Source: Polyangiaceae bacterium
Lineage (GTDB): Bacteria > Myxococcota_A > Polyangia > Polyangiales > Polyangiaceae
Reading direction: 5' to 3'
Length of the DNA stretch: 51,101 nucleotides
NCBI GenBank assembly: GCA_035558375.1
Contig: DATMCL010000642.1
Location: 1 to 51,101, forward strand
A model generated the notes under the pieces. It saw nothing but the letters and a program-made list of their open reading frames with translations. It was not told the origin of the DNA and did not search any database. The first letter of the stretch is position 1. Every line of letters starts with the position of its first letter. The translations under genes were made by a program, and so were the position numbers. Positions 1 through 8,869 of the stretch are shown here, one piece after another.

Positions 1-2
1 GC

Positions 3-1616
3 GTCAAGCTCGACACGGTCCTCGCGACGCCGGAGACGCAGGCGACGTTCGCGGCCGCGAGCGGTGCTCCCGCGCCGGCGGGTCCGGAGCCAGCGCCCGT
101 TGCGGCTGCAGCGCCCGCCGCCGCGGCAGCTGCTCCGGGCGGCGGCCTCTCGTGCTCGCCGGACACCCGCAACGTCGAAACACGCCGTCCCATCCCGGTG
201 CAGTGCCAATCGGACGAAGAACTCACGAGCATGGAGCTCAAGTACAAGGTCTTCGGCTCGGAGCAGTGGAAGACGCTGCCGATGCAGAAGAAGGGCGACT
301 CCTTCCGCGCCCAGATCCCCTGCAACGCGACCGAGAACTCCGGCACCCTGCGCGTGTACGTCCGCGCGAAAGACGCCCAGGGCGAGACGGTCGATAGCTG
401 GGGCAGCAAGGCTGCGCCCGTCGAGTTCAACATCGCGGAAGGCGTGACCGACGCGCCCCCGCAGTTCGACGACGCCGAACCGCCGCCGCGCTGCGAGGTG
501 AAGGGCGGCGCCGACTGCCCGCCCGATTTCCCGGGCTGTGGCGCGGCGAAGGCGGGTGCCGCGCGCGGCGCGAAGGACTGGGGCGAGCAGTGCGCCAACT
601 CGACCGAGTGCAAGTCGGGTCTGCTCTGCACGGAAGGCACCTGCCAAGCAGCGCCGAGCTGCGACTCCGATGCCGACTGCAGCACCGGGACCTGCATCAA
701 CGGAAAATGCGATCTGCCGGCTGACGCAGCCGAGGGACCGACGTCCGCGTTCAAGAAGAACTGGCTCGGCTTCAACATCGCGCAGGATTTCGCCTTCGTG
801 GGCGGCTACAACGTGTGCGATCCGACGCTCGGCCAGGCGAGCGACAACTACGCGTGCTTCTACCAGGGCACGACCGACCAGCCGTACTTCCACACGCCGT
901 ACCCGCCCCGCGACGGCATCAACACGGGCACCGTGATGGCGACGACGCGCCTCTTGGTCTCGTACGATCGCGCTTTCACCGCCAACATCACGGCCGGCGG
1001 GCGCCTCGGCTTCGCGCTCGGCGGCGGGCCTCCAGCCGGCATGTCACCCGCCGGGAACGTCAAGGACCCGCCCGCGCACTCGACGGGCGTCGGCGGCACG
1101 CCCTTCTTGCCGCTCCACATCGAAATCCGCGGCCAGTTCTGGTTCCTGCCGCTCACGGCCAAGCTGCTTCGCGCCTACGTGCTCGTGGGCGGCGGCATGG
1201 CCCAGGTGGACGCCAAGGTCGCGATCAACGAGTACGACTGCGAGAAAGCCGGCCACGATCCGCAGGGCAACGACGTGAGCACGGAGACGTTCTCCGACGG
1301 AATGATGAACACGAAGTACGACCCGACCTCCAAGTACTACGTCGCGCCCTTCCAGAACGGCGACAAGACCTGGAACCCCTACAAGCAGTGCGCCTCCGGG
1401 AAGACGAACACCAACTACAAGATCAAGAACGCGCCGCCCCCGGACGCGGTCGACGGCTGGCGCAAGATGGGTCAGGGCTTCATCGAGGCCGGCGTCGGCG
1501 GCATGCTCGCTTTCAAAGACAACATGGGCGTGACGCTCGAAGCGAAGCTCCTCTACATGCTGCCCGCGAGCGGCATCGTGATTCAGCCCTCGGCTGGTTT
1601 CGCGCTCGGGTTCTAG
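3..1616 (+). CDS. 5'-truncated Cys-rich protein with probable C-terminal outer-membrane beta-barrel
   Basis: Frame is open from base 3 (VKLDTVLATPE...), so the start lies upstream of the window. Ala/Pro linker, Cys-rich block (CANSTECKSGLLC..CDSDADCSTGTCINGKC), then alternating amphipathic strands ending in C-terminal Phe (SAGFALGF). Confidence 0.7.
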   Translation, partial: VKLDTVLATPETQATFAAASGAPAPAGPEPAPVAAAAPAAAAAAPGGGLSCSPDTRNVETRRPIPVQCQSDEELTSMELKYKVFGSEQWKTLPMQKKGDSFRAQIPCNATENSGTLRVYVRAKDAQGETVDSWGSKAAPVEFNIAEGVTDAPPQFDDAEPPPRCEVKGGADCPPDFPGCGAAKAGAARGAKDWGEQCANSTECKSGLLCTEGTCQAAPSCDSDADCSTGTCINGKCDLPADAAEGPTSAFKKNWLGFNIAQDFAFVGGYNVCDPTLGQASDNYACFYQGTTDQPYFHTPYPPRDGINTGTVMATTRLLVSYDRAFTANITAGGRLGFALGGGPPAGMSPAGNVKDPPAHSTGVGGTPFLPLHIEIRGQFWFLPLTAKLLRAYVLVGGGMAQVDAKVAINEYDCEKAGHDPQGNDVSTETFSDGMMNTKYDPTSKYYVAPFQNGDKTWNPYKQCASGKTNTNYKIKNAPPPDAVDGWRKMGQGFIEAGVGGMLAFKDNMGVTLEAKLLYMLPASGIVIQPSAGFALGF

Positions 1617-2074
1617 AGATCCGGAGCGGTCATGGGCGCGGAGGCGACGACGCCTCGCGCCCACGTATCGAGGCCGGCGACGACCGCCACGCCCGCCGGG
1701 TAGCCGAGTAAGAGCCCGGTCGCGAGCCGGAGCGGCGCCCACGCCGCGCGCCAGCCGAGCCACTCGCTGCCCACGTCCAAGAGCATGAGGAATACGGCGA
1801 CGCCGAGCCAGAGCTCGAGCCGGCGCCCGCCGAGCCGCGGTCGTGCAAAAAGGGCGCCCGCGCCGAGGCCGACGTAGAGGCCGAGGCAACGCGCGCAGAC
1901 AGCGCCGGCGGCGAGCATCCTCCGCGGATCGCGCTCGCACTGAAAGTGAAACCACGCGTCGAGCGCAGCGGCGAGATGCGAGGCGCCCACGGCGGCGAGC
2001 AGCGCCGGCGCGAATGGCGAGAGCCCGACGAGCACGAGGAGCACGCGCGCGGCAGCGACGAGGCGCCCCTTCAT
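1613..2074 (-). CDS. DUF2085-like predicted membrane protein
   Basis: ATG at 2074 overlaps the UDG stop (ATGA). Motifs FQCERDPRR and VCARCLGLYVG, plus LRLATGLLLG and several TM segments. Confidence 0.75.
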   Translation of the reverse strand: MKGRLVAAARVLLVLVGLSPFAPALLAAVGASHLAAALDAWFHFQCERDPRRMLAAGAVCARCLGLYVGLGAGALFARPRLGGRRLELWLGVAVFLMLLDVGSEWLGWRAAWAPLRLATGLLLGYPAGVAVVAGLDTWARGVVASAPMTAPDL

Positions 2075-3021
2075 CGCTTGCTCGGCGCGACCCGACCCAT
2101 CTGCCGGAGCACGGCCTGCAGATCGTCCCACACCTCTTTCTTCGCGGCCGGGTTTCGCAAGAGGAACGCCGGGTGGAACGTCGGCATCACGGGCACGCGG
2201 CCGTGAAAGAGCTTCCAGCGGCCACGAAGGCGCGTGATCCCTTCGCTCGTTCCGAACAGGCCCTGAACCGCCGTCGCGCCGAGCGCGACGATCACCTCGG
2301 GCCCGAGGAGCTCGAGCTGCTCGTTCAGGTACGGCATGCACGCGGCCATCTCTTCCGGCTCGGGCTTGCGATTGTCCGGGGGCCGGCACTTCACGATGTT
2401 GCAGACGTAGACGTCGTCGCGACCGAAGCCCATCGCCTCGATCATGCGGTCGAGCAGTTGGCCGGCCTTTCCGACGAACGGGAACCCCTGCGCGTCCTCG
2501 TCGGCGCCGGGCCCCTCCCCCACGAAGCAGAGACCGGACGAGCCGGTGCCGCGCGCGAACACCGTCTGGGTGCGGCCGGCGTGGAGCGCGCAGCGCGTGC
2601 AACCGCGAATGCTCTCGGCGAGCACCTCCAGCCGGCGCTTGCGCTCCTCCGGAGGGAGCGCGGGCACGACGCTGACGGGTGCGGGCGCGGGTGCCGGACC
2701 GGAGGCGGCCGGGTCGGAGGCGACCGGGGCCGGCCCGGGCGTCGCCAGCGCGAACGTGCGCGCCTCCGGCGGCACTTCGGCGCGCGGAGCGTTCGCAGGG
2801 GGCGCGTCCAGGCGCGACACCTCGGAGCGCAGCGTCGTCGGCTCCGCGTGCGGCGTCGCCGACTCCGGGGCGAGCTCCGCCGGCGACGGCGAGACGCCGC
2901 TACGCTCGCCGCGCGGCATCCCGACGGCTCCGCTCGCCCGCAGCCACTCGACGTGGGCGCGCACCGCCGCGGCGATCTCTCTGAGCTCGCTACGAGGATC
3001 GAGGTCGTTCGGCTCGGTCAC
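2071..3021 (-). CDS. udg: Uracil-DNA glycosylase, family 4 (4Fe-4S)
   Basis: CTRCAL, GEGPGADED, GFPFVGKAG, NIVKCRPPDNR and TFHPAFLLR motifs. GTG start at 3021 inferred, followed by a Pro/Ala linker. Confidence 0.93.
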   Translation of the reverse strand: MTEPNDLDPRSELREIAAAVRAHVEWLRASGAVGMPRGERSGVSPSPAELAPESATPHAEPTTLRSEVSRLDAPPANAPRAEVPPEARTFALATPGPAPVASDPAASGPAPAPAPVSVVPALPPEERKRRLEVLAESIRGCTRCALHAGRTQTVFARGTGSSGLCFVGEGPGADEDAQGFPFVGKAGQLLDRMIEAMGFGRDDVYVCNIVKCRPPDNRKPEPEEMAACMPYLNEQLELLGPEVIVALGATAVQGLFGTSEGITRLRGRWKLFHGRVPVMPTFHPAFLLRNPAAKKEVWDDLQAVLRQMGRVAPSKR

Positions 3022-3047
3022 GCGGGACGGCGCCCGATCCTGATGCG

Positions 3048-4010
3048 TCAGTGCTCCGCTTGCAAGAAGCGTTCGGCGTCGAGCGCCGCCATGCAGCCGG
3101 TTCCGGCTGCCGTGACCGCCTGGCGGTAGGTCCAATCCGCCACGTCGCCTGCCGCGAAGACGCCCGGAATGCTCGTTCGCGTCGAGCCCGGCTCTACCTT
3201 GAGGTACCCGTTCGGATGGGTGGCGAGCTGCCCCTTGAAGAGCTCCGTCATCGGCGTGTGCCCGATGGCCACGAACAGCGCGCCAACCGGCAGCGTCGCG
3301 AGCTTCTCCGTCTTGAGGTCGCGCACGCGGATCGCCGTTACCTTGTCCTCCGCGGGATCGAGCACCTCGTCCACGACGTGGCTCAAGAGCAGCTTGATCT
3401 TCGGGTTCTTCTTCACGCGATCCACCATGGTGCGCGAGGCGCGGAACTCATCGCGGCGGTGAATGAGCGTCACGTTGCCGCACAGCCCGGCCAGGTACGA
3501 CGCCTCTTCCATCGCGGTGTCGCCGCCGCCGACGACGGCGACGTCCTGCCCGCGGAACAGCGCGCCGTCGCACACGGCGCAGGCGCTCACGCCTTTGTTC
3601 TTGAGCTTCTCCTCGCTCGGCAAGCCGATGTAGTTCGCGCGCGCGCCGGTCGCGATGATCACCGTCTTCGCGAGGTGGAGCACGTTTTCGTCCTCGCCCA
3701 CCCAGATCTTGAAGGGGCGCGACGAGAGGTCGACCTTCTGCACGTCGCCGATCACGAGCTCGGCGCCCTGATGCTCGGCCTGCGCCCGGAAGGCGCCCAT
3801 CAGCTCCTGACCCGAAACCGCCTTGGCGAAGCCCGGGTAGTTCTCGACGTCCGAGGTGAACATGAGCTGTCCGCCGGGAATGAGCCCGCCGGCGTTGAAG
3901 CCCTCGATGCAGAAGGGCTTCAGGTTCGCTCGCGCGGCGTAGATGGCCGCGGCGAGTCCGGCGGGGCCGGAACCAATGACGACGACGTTGTGAATGCGGG
4001 GATCGGTCAT
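3048..4010 (-). CDS. trxB: Thioredoxin-disulfide reductase
   Basis: GSGPAG, VENYPGF, SACAVCDG active site, GGGDTA, HRRDEFRAS, GVFAAGDV..YRQA. Confidence 0.97.
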   Translation of the reverse strand: MTDPRIHNVVVIGSGPAGLAAAIYAARANLKPFCIEGFNAGGLIPGGQLMFTSDVENYPGFAKAVSGQELMGAFRAQAEHQGAELVIGDVQKVDLSSRPFKIWVGEDENVLHLAKTVIIATGARANYIGLPSEEKLKNKGVSACAVCDGALFRGQDVAVVGGGDTAMEEASYLAGLCGNVTLIHRRDEFRASRTMVDRVKKNPKIKLLLSHVVDEVLDPAEDKVTAIRVRDLKTEKLATLPVGALFVAIGHTPMTELFKGQLATHPNGYLKVEPGSTRTSIPGVFAAGDVADWTYRQAVTAAGTGCMAALDAERFLQAEH

Positions 4011-4037
4011 GACTGATGTAGTGATTACATCTAGTCA
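4010..4037. promoter_or_regulatory. AT-rich palindrome abutting the trxB start (candidate operator)
   Basis: TGACT-GATGTAGT-G-ATTACATC-T-AGTCA; the core 8-1-8 inverted repeat has one mismatch. Confidence 0.5.
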
Positions 4038-4143
4038 CGCAGCGAGCGTTGCGCCAGCCGAGAACGCGGCTCCACTGATAGTTTCTCTCTCAGAGAGTGA
4101 TAGACGACAGTTCTCGAGCCGAAGCAGGGCCGAAGCGCCGCCG

Positions 4144-5799
4144 TTACTCCTTGATCGGGTTCGCTTTGAGCGCGGCCTTGCCGTCTTTCACGTGCACGCC
4201 GAACTTCACGCGCTTCGCGCCGTACTTCTGCACCAGCGTGTCGCGATTCTTGCGCAGGCGCTCCGCGAACTTCTCGTACGTGAACCCGTCGATGTTTTCG
4301 CCGCACTGCTGCTTGGTGGCGACGAACTCCTGGAACACCTCCTGCCACTCAGCTTCGTCGGGAGCGCCCGTGCCCCAACCCGTGAGCCCGCCTTCGGGCA
4401 TCGTCGCATCGAGGTGCGCGGGCGGCGCGGGCGGCGACGCGGCGCCACCGGGCGCCGGGGGGCGAGGCTTCTTCGCGCCGGGTGGGCTCGGGAGGGCGCG
4501 ACCGGGTCCGCTCCGAGCGCTCGATGCCGGCTGGGGCGAGGACGGGCCCGAAGGCGCGACGGCGTCCGCCACACCGTCGCCGGGCAAGCTGAACGCGCTC
4601 ATCGCCGGCTGATCGGGGATGTCGCCGAGCACCTCTTTGAAATCCGCGGGACCACGCCGTGGCCCGCCGCCCTTGGCGAGCTGCTTGTCGACGCCGTCGT
4701 TCACGTCGGCCGCGATTTTGCGAAAGAGTCCGCGGAACCGGCTCGGCGTGAGCTGCTCGACGCTGCCGGCTGCAAACTTCTCCGCCTCGGTCTTGAAGAC
4801 GCGCAGCGGCCTCGTGTGCTCGAGCACGCTGAATGCGATTCCGAGGCCTCCGGCGACGAGCGCCACCAACAGAGCGATCGGCCAATTGCCGGCCTTCTTG
4901 TCCTTCTCGTCGGCATGGCCGAAGAAGCCGAGCGGGCCGGAAACGGAAGCCGGCTGGCGCGCCACGGCGTAGCCGGCGCCGAGCTGCCACGCTTCGCCAG
5001 GAAGCCGCGTGTATTGCACGGCGATCATCCCGGCGATCTCGCGCACCGCGCTGCGCCCCTTCTCTTTGTAGTCCTTGTCCTGCTCGAGGTCGGTGAGATC
5101 GCCGACGATCGCGTCGAGGTTCGCCGTCTGGAAGTCCACGGGCGATCCGGCGGCCGCGCGCTGGCCGTTCGCGTAGAAGGCGATCGCCGCGCCGGTGCGG
5201 GAGGAGAGCTCGCGCGCGAAGCGGTCGTCGATCACGCGTGCGCCGATGATGGCTCCGGCGGGCATGGACGCGAGGTCGTACTCGACCGGTCGCGCCACCA
5301 CGCGGTACATGCGGTCGAGCACGAGCGTGTCGTCGCGAACGTAGCCGTGGAGGGCGTCCGCCACGACCGGGTACCCGCCGAGCTCGAAGTCGTCCATCCC
5401 GCTCGCCTGCGCGTAGCCGAGGTAGGCAACGACGCGGCCGTGCTGATCGACCACGAACACCGAGTCGAAGCCCGCCTCTTTCGGGATCTGGGCGTTCACG
5501 CGCGTGAGCGCTTGCGTCAGCTTGGCGCGCGCGTCCTCGGGGACTTTGCCCTCGGATTCGTTGGACTTTTGCAGGTACTTGCCGACGTCCGACTCGAGCG
5601 CGAACGGGATGAGCTGGGCCGAGCGCTGGCGAGCGTCGTCACGCAAGTACCAGGAGACGACCTGCGCGTCCGAGGACAGCCCCTCTGCGCGCGCGCGCAG
5701 ACCGGAGCGGTTGTACATGCTCGAAGCGATACCGAGGAGGAACAGCGCCGCGCCCAACACGAGACCGAGGAGCGCGTACCAGAAGCGAGAGAGGACCAT
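4144..5799 (-). CDS. MXAN_5187-family membrane protein (TM, periplasmic domain, TM/HAMP-like, Pro linker, conserved C-terminal domain)
   Basis: Starts MVLSRFWY. The C-terminus EWQEVFQEFVATKQQCGE..TYEKFAERL..VKFGVHVKDGKAALKA matches my recollection of the MXAN_5187 C-terminal domain. Confidence 0.85.
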   Translation of the reverse strand: MVLSRFWYALLGLVLGAALFLLGIASSMYNRSGLRARAEGLSSDAQVVSWYLRDDARQRSAQLIPFALESDVGKYLQKSNESEGKVPEDARAKLTQALTRVNAQIPKEAGFDSVFVVDQHGRVVAYLGYAQASGMDDFELGGYPVVADALHGYVRDDTLVLDRMYRVVARPVEYDLASMPAGAIIGARVIDDRFARELSSRTGAAIAFYANGQRAAAGSPVDFQTANLDAIVGDLTDLEQDKDYKEKGRSAVREIAGMIAVQYTRLPGEAWQLGAGYAVARQPASVSGPLGFFGHADEKDKKAGNWPIALLVALVAGGLGIAFSVLEHTRPLRVFKTEAEKFAAGSVEQLTPSRFRGLFRKIAADVNDGVDKQLAKGGGPRRGPADFKEVLGDIPDQPAMSAFSLPGDGVADAVAPSGPSSPQPASSARSGPGRALPSPPGAKKPRPPAPGGAASPPAPPAHLDATMPEGGLTGWGTGAPDEAEWQEVFQEFVATKQQCGENIDGFTYEKFAERLRKNRDTLVQKYGAKRVKFGVHVKDGKAALKANPIKE

Positions 5800-6629
5800 T
5801 ACTTACCGGCCCCCGACTTGTCGCCGTCTTCAGCCGCCGCCGCTTTGTCCTTGTCGGCCTCCGCCTTGTCTGCAGCGGCCGCTGCCTTCTCGTCACCGAC
5901 CTTGAGCGGCGTCTTCGTGAGATCGAGATCGGCGTCCTTCACGGTGACCGGCAGCGCAGGGCCGACCTTCTTGCCGGCGAAGTACGCTTGCACCGTGTAC
6001 TCGCCCGGCTCCTCGACGGTGAGCGCGAAGTCTCCCTTCATCGACGGGTAGGCGATGGCAGCGACGGTGGGATCCGCTATCACCCACATTCGCAAGCTCG
6101 GCGCGAGCTCGTCGCGGATCTCGAAGACGCCGGCGCCCGGGACACTCCACTCGCGCGTCATGGCCCGCGCGGTGTCGGCGGGCTGGAACGTCGGGATGCC
6201 GACCCCGTGCAAGCGGTGCTTGAACGGGTCCGTGTTCTGAAAGGTGAGCCGCGTTCCAGGCGGAACGACGATCGTCACCGGCGTGGTCCGGCCACCACCG
6301 ACCCGCACCAGCACCGGCGGGGGCGCCTTCTGCGGACTGGCGGCGAAGGCAGCAACGCAAATCTCCTTGGGCGCATGGGGAAACAGCCGGCGAAACTCGG
6401 CCCGCACGGTCGCGACCGGTTCGCGGAACGAGTAGCCGTGCTGCTTCGGATCCCGGGCTTCCGCCCAGACCGGATTGAGCAGGTTCCTGAACCCGTCGAC
6501 CTTGCCCCGGAGCTTCGCTGCCGCGTCAGCCGATGCCGGCGCCAGAAATGTTAGGGCGGCGAGCCAGCCGAGGGCGCGCCCGGAGCGCCATCGCGAAGGG
6601 GACGACGGCAGGCCGGAGGGGGCTTTCAT
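5799..6629 (-). CDS. Exported cupredoxin-like/carboxypeptidase-regulatory-like domain protein
   Basis: Signal peptide (..APASADAAA), PVTIVVPPGTRLTFQNTDPFKHRL, then GDFALTVEEPGEYTVQAY. Stop overlaps the next ATG (TAATG). Start uncertain. Confidence 0.65.
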   Translation of the reverse strand: MKAPSGLPSSPSRWRSGRALGWLAALTFLAPASADAAAKLRGKVDGFRNLLNPVWAEARDPKQHGYSFREPVATVRAEFRRLFPHAPKEICVAAFAASPQKAPPPVLVRVGGGRTTPVTIVVPPGTRLTFQNTDPFKHRLHGVGIPTFQPADTARAMTREWSVPGAGVFEIRDELAPSLRMWVIADPTVAAIAYPSMKGDFALTVEEPGEYTVQAYFAGKKVGPALPVTVKDADLDLTKTPLKVGDEKAAAAADKAEADKDKAAAAEDGDKSGAGK

Positions 6630-7045
6630 GGTCGGGGGAAAGTACCCGACCCCGGCCATCGACGGAAGGGTTGCCCACAAAACTCCAACGAGCCGGCGCG
6701 CTTTGCGTCGGCCCGTTAGGAGGGCTCCTTACCACCATGAGTCGCGAGGTTTTCTGTAGTCCGAACCCCTAGCATCGCTAGGTGGGAGGCTTGGATATCG
6801 CGGCTTCCGGCTTCCCGGTGAGGTATCCCGGGCCTAGCTCTCCACCGCTCGTCGCCACCCGTTCGGTTGATATCAGGGATTCGTTACTACGCTCTCCCGA
6901 GCTCTGCAGAGGGAACCGTCTCCATCATATAAGTCCGGGGCCGGTTCGGTCAACGGCGGCCGGCCAGGCGGCCCGCGTGGGCGCCAAGCCCGGAGCAATC
7001 CCCAGAAAGTGGGCCCGTGGCGCTCGCGTCTGAGACGTTCGGCCC

Positions 7046-8842
7046 ATGAGCGTCGTGCCTCTCGGAGGACTAATCGGGAACCGGCCCCTTGCCCTCGGCG
7101 AGCTCCGCCGTCATGAGCTCGAGAGCGACTCGCGCGACGAGCGGCTCGCGTTCGTCGCTCTCGAGGACGTGTCCGCGGTCGCTCGCGAAGCGGAGACGGA
7201 CGGGCTCCTGCCTGTCATCGTGCAGCCGCCGCGCGCGGCCGATCGGGGCAAGCTTGCACTGGTCATCGAGGAAGCGGTCGAGACCGCGCTCGAGCGGCGT
7301 GGGGCCTGCGCTCCGGGTTTCGGCGCTGCCGCGGATCTCGAAGCGTCGCTCAGCGACCAGCTCTACCGGGCGCGCCTGATCGAGGCGCGCGGGCTCTGGG
7401 TCTTTCTGGGAAGCCTCGAAGGCATCGCGAACCTCGGCGGTGCGCTGGATGCCGAAGACAGCGCCGTGCTCCGTTGGTGGACCGAAGCTCCCCGAACGCA
7501 GCCTGTACGCCTTTCGTTGGACGAATCGAACCGGAGCATTCAGGTCTACGGACCGCCGCTGCCCCTCGCCGCGCTCGTGGCGACGCTCGACTCGCTCACG
7601 GGCGACGTCTCCGTCGCAATGGTCTCGCACGAGGCCCCACCACTCGTCGCGCCCGAGCTCGCCGCGAGCGCCGAAGCCATGGAAGCGAGCGCGCCGCCGC
7701 CCGCCGTCGCAACCATCCCCGCTCCTCCCGAGCCCGAGCTCCTCGCAGCGGTGCCGTCCGAAGCCGTGTTCCCGCCCGAAAGCGCGCCCGAGCCAGAGCC
7801 AGACACAGCGCTCACGCCGCTTGCCCCCCTCGTGCAAGCCTTCTCCGACGACGAGCCGGGCACGACCGTCGACGCGCTCCCCACCACCGAGCCCGAATTC
7901 GCCTCGGAGCTCGAGGCCACGCCCGAGCCCGCACCGACTCCCGAGCTCGAAGCCGCCCCCGAGCCCGCGCCGGTCACCAAGGCGCAGCACGGCCCGCTCC
8001 ACCCGGGCGCCGAAAACGAATGGCAGAGCTGGGTGCGGGAGCTCGAGGCAGCGCGCGGACCGAAGCCGCTCGCCGTCGTCGAGCGCATGTTCGTGATGAG
8101 TTACGTCCCGCTCCGCGACGCGGCGCTGCGCGGCCTCGCACCGAGCGAGGTGTGGCCCGTGCTCGACGGTTGGGCGACGAGCTTCGCTTCGAGCTACCGC
8201 GAGGCGTTCGAGGCCCTCTGCGTTCGCGGCAAAAGGCCGACGATGGTGCTCGACGTCCCGGAGGTCGCCCATCGCATCGGCCGCCTCCACGGTGCCCGCT
8301 CCGTGCAGCTCCTGCTCGTGGACGGACTGCGGTTCGATCTCGGCCTGCGCGTCGAGCTCGGTCTGCGCGCGCGGCTCGGGCGCGAGGTGGCCCTCACGGA
8401 GCGGCTCTTGCTGTGGTCGGCGCTGCCCTCGCGCACCGAAACCCAGCTCGAGCTCATCGGGCGCGGCGCCGACGGCTTGAAGGAGCGCGGCGCGGCGCCG
8501 GACAGCGAGATCCCGGTCGCGCGCGGCCGCATGGCGCGCACCGCCCGCCGCATCAAGGCCGGGCATCGCGAGCTACTGAAGCTCGACGTCGTCGAAGCGA
8601 AGCTCAGCGAGCCGGGCGGCGCCGAAGCGAGTCGGCTCGACGAGCTCGGCACCGAGGTGACCGACGCCGTCGCAGAGCTTTGCGAGAAGCTTCCGCCTCG
8701 CACGCTGCTCTTCGTCTTCGGCGACCACGGCTTCTGCCTCGACGAGCAGGGCGAAGGGACGAGCGCGGCGCGCCAGGGCGGCTCGCGTCCGGAAGAAGTG
8801 CTCGTGCCCGCGTTCGCCTGGCTGGTCGGCGGCGTCCAGTAA
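7046..8842 (+). CDS. Hypothetical protein with C-terminal PglZ-like (alkaline phosphatase superfamily) domain
   Basis: LLLVDGLRFDLG, ALPSRT, VFGDHGF and QGGSRPEEVLVP occur in PglZ order, after an N-terminal domain and a Pro/Glu/Ala linker. Confidence 0.7.
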   Translation: MSVVPLGGLIGNRPLALGELRRHELESDSRDERLAFVALEDVSAVAREAETDGLLPVIVQPPRAADRGKLALVIEEAVETALERRGACAPGFGAAADLEASLSDQLYRARLIEARGLWVFLGSLEGIANLGGALDAEDSAVLRWWTEAPRTQPVRLSLDESNRSIQVYGPPLPLAALVATLDSLTGDVSVAMVSHEAPPLVAPELAASAEAMEASAPPPAVATIPAPPEPELLAAVPSEAVFPPESAPEPEPDTALTPLAPLVQAFSDDEPGTTVDALPTTEPEFASELEATPEPAPTPELEAAPEPAPVTKAQHGPLHPGAENEWQSWVRELEAARGPKPLAVVERMFVMSYVPLRDAALRGLAPSEVWPVLDGWATSFASSYREAFEALCVRGKRPTMVLDVPEVAHRIGRLHGARSVQLLLVDGLRFDLGLRVELGLRARLGREVALTERLLLWSALPSRTETQLELIGRGADGLKERGAAPDSEIPVARGRMARTARRIKAGHRELLKLDVVEAKLSEPGGAEASRLDELGTEVTDAVAELCEKLPPRTLLFVFGDHGFCLDEQGEGTSAARQGGSRPEEVLVPAFAWLVGGVQ

Positions 8843-8869
8843 CCGGGCGACGCGCGGCGCCCGTCGCCG

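Noticed and set aside
3994-6051. Long antisense ORFs here and elsewhere (e.g. 8972-10960, 10875-12965, 35727-37667, 20259-21644)
   Set aside because: They are shadows of real genes on the opposite strand, expected with high GC3, and have Arg/Ala-rich sequence with no motifs.
6680-7045. Long AT-richer intergenic region as an ncRNA or riboswitch
   Set aside because: No recognisable fold or motif; explained by divergent promoters.
7907-7972. 36-bp duplication (ELEATPEPAP/ELEAAPEPAP)
   Set aside because: Ordinary slippage in a low-complexity linker.
7046-8842. BREX defence system
   Set aside because: No brxC/pglY ATPase, pglX methylase, brxA/B/L or other defence genes are adjacent.
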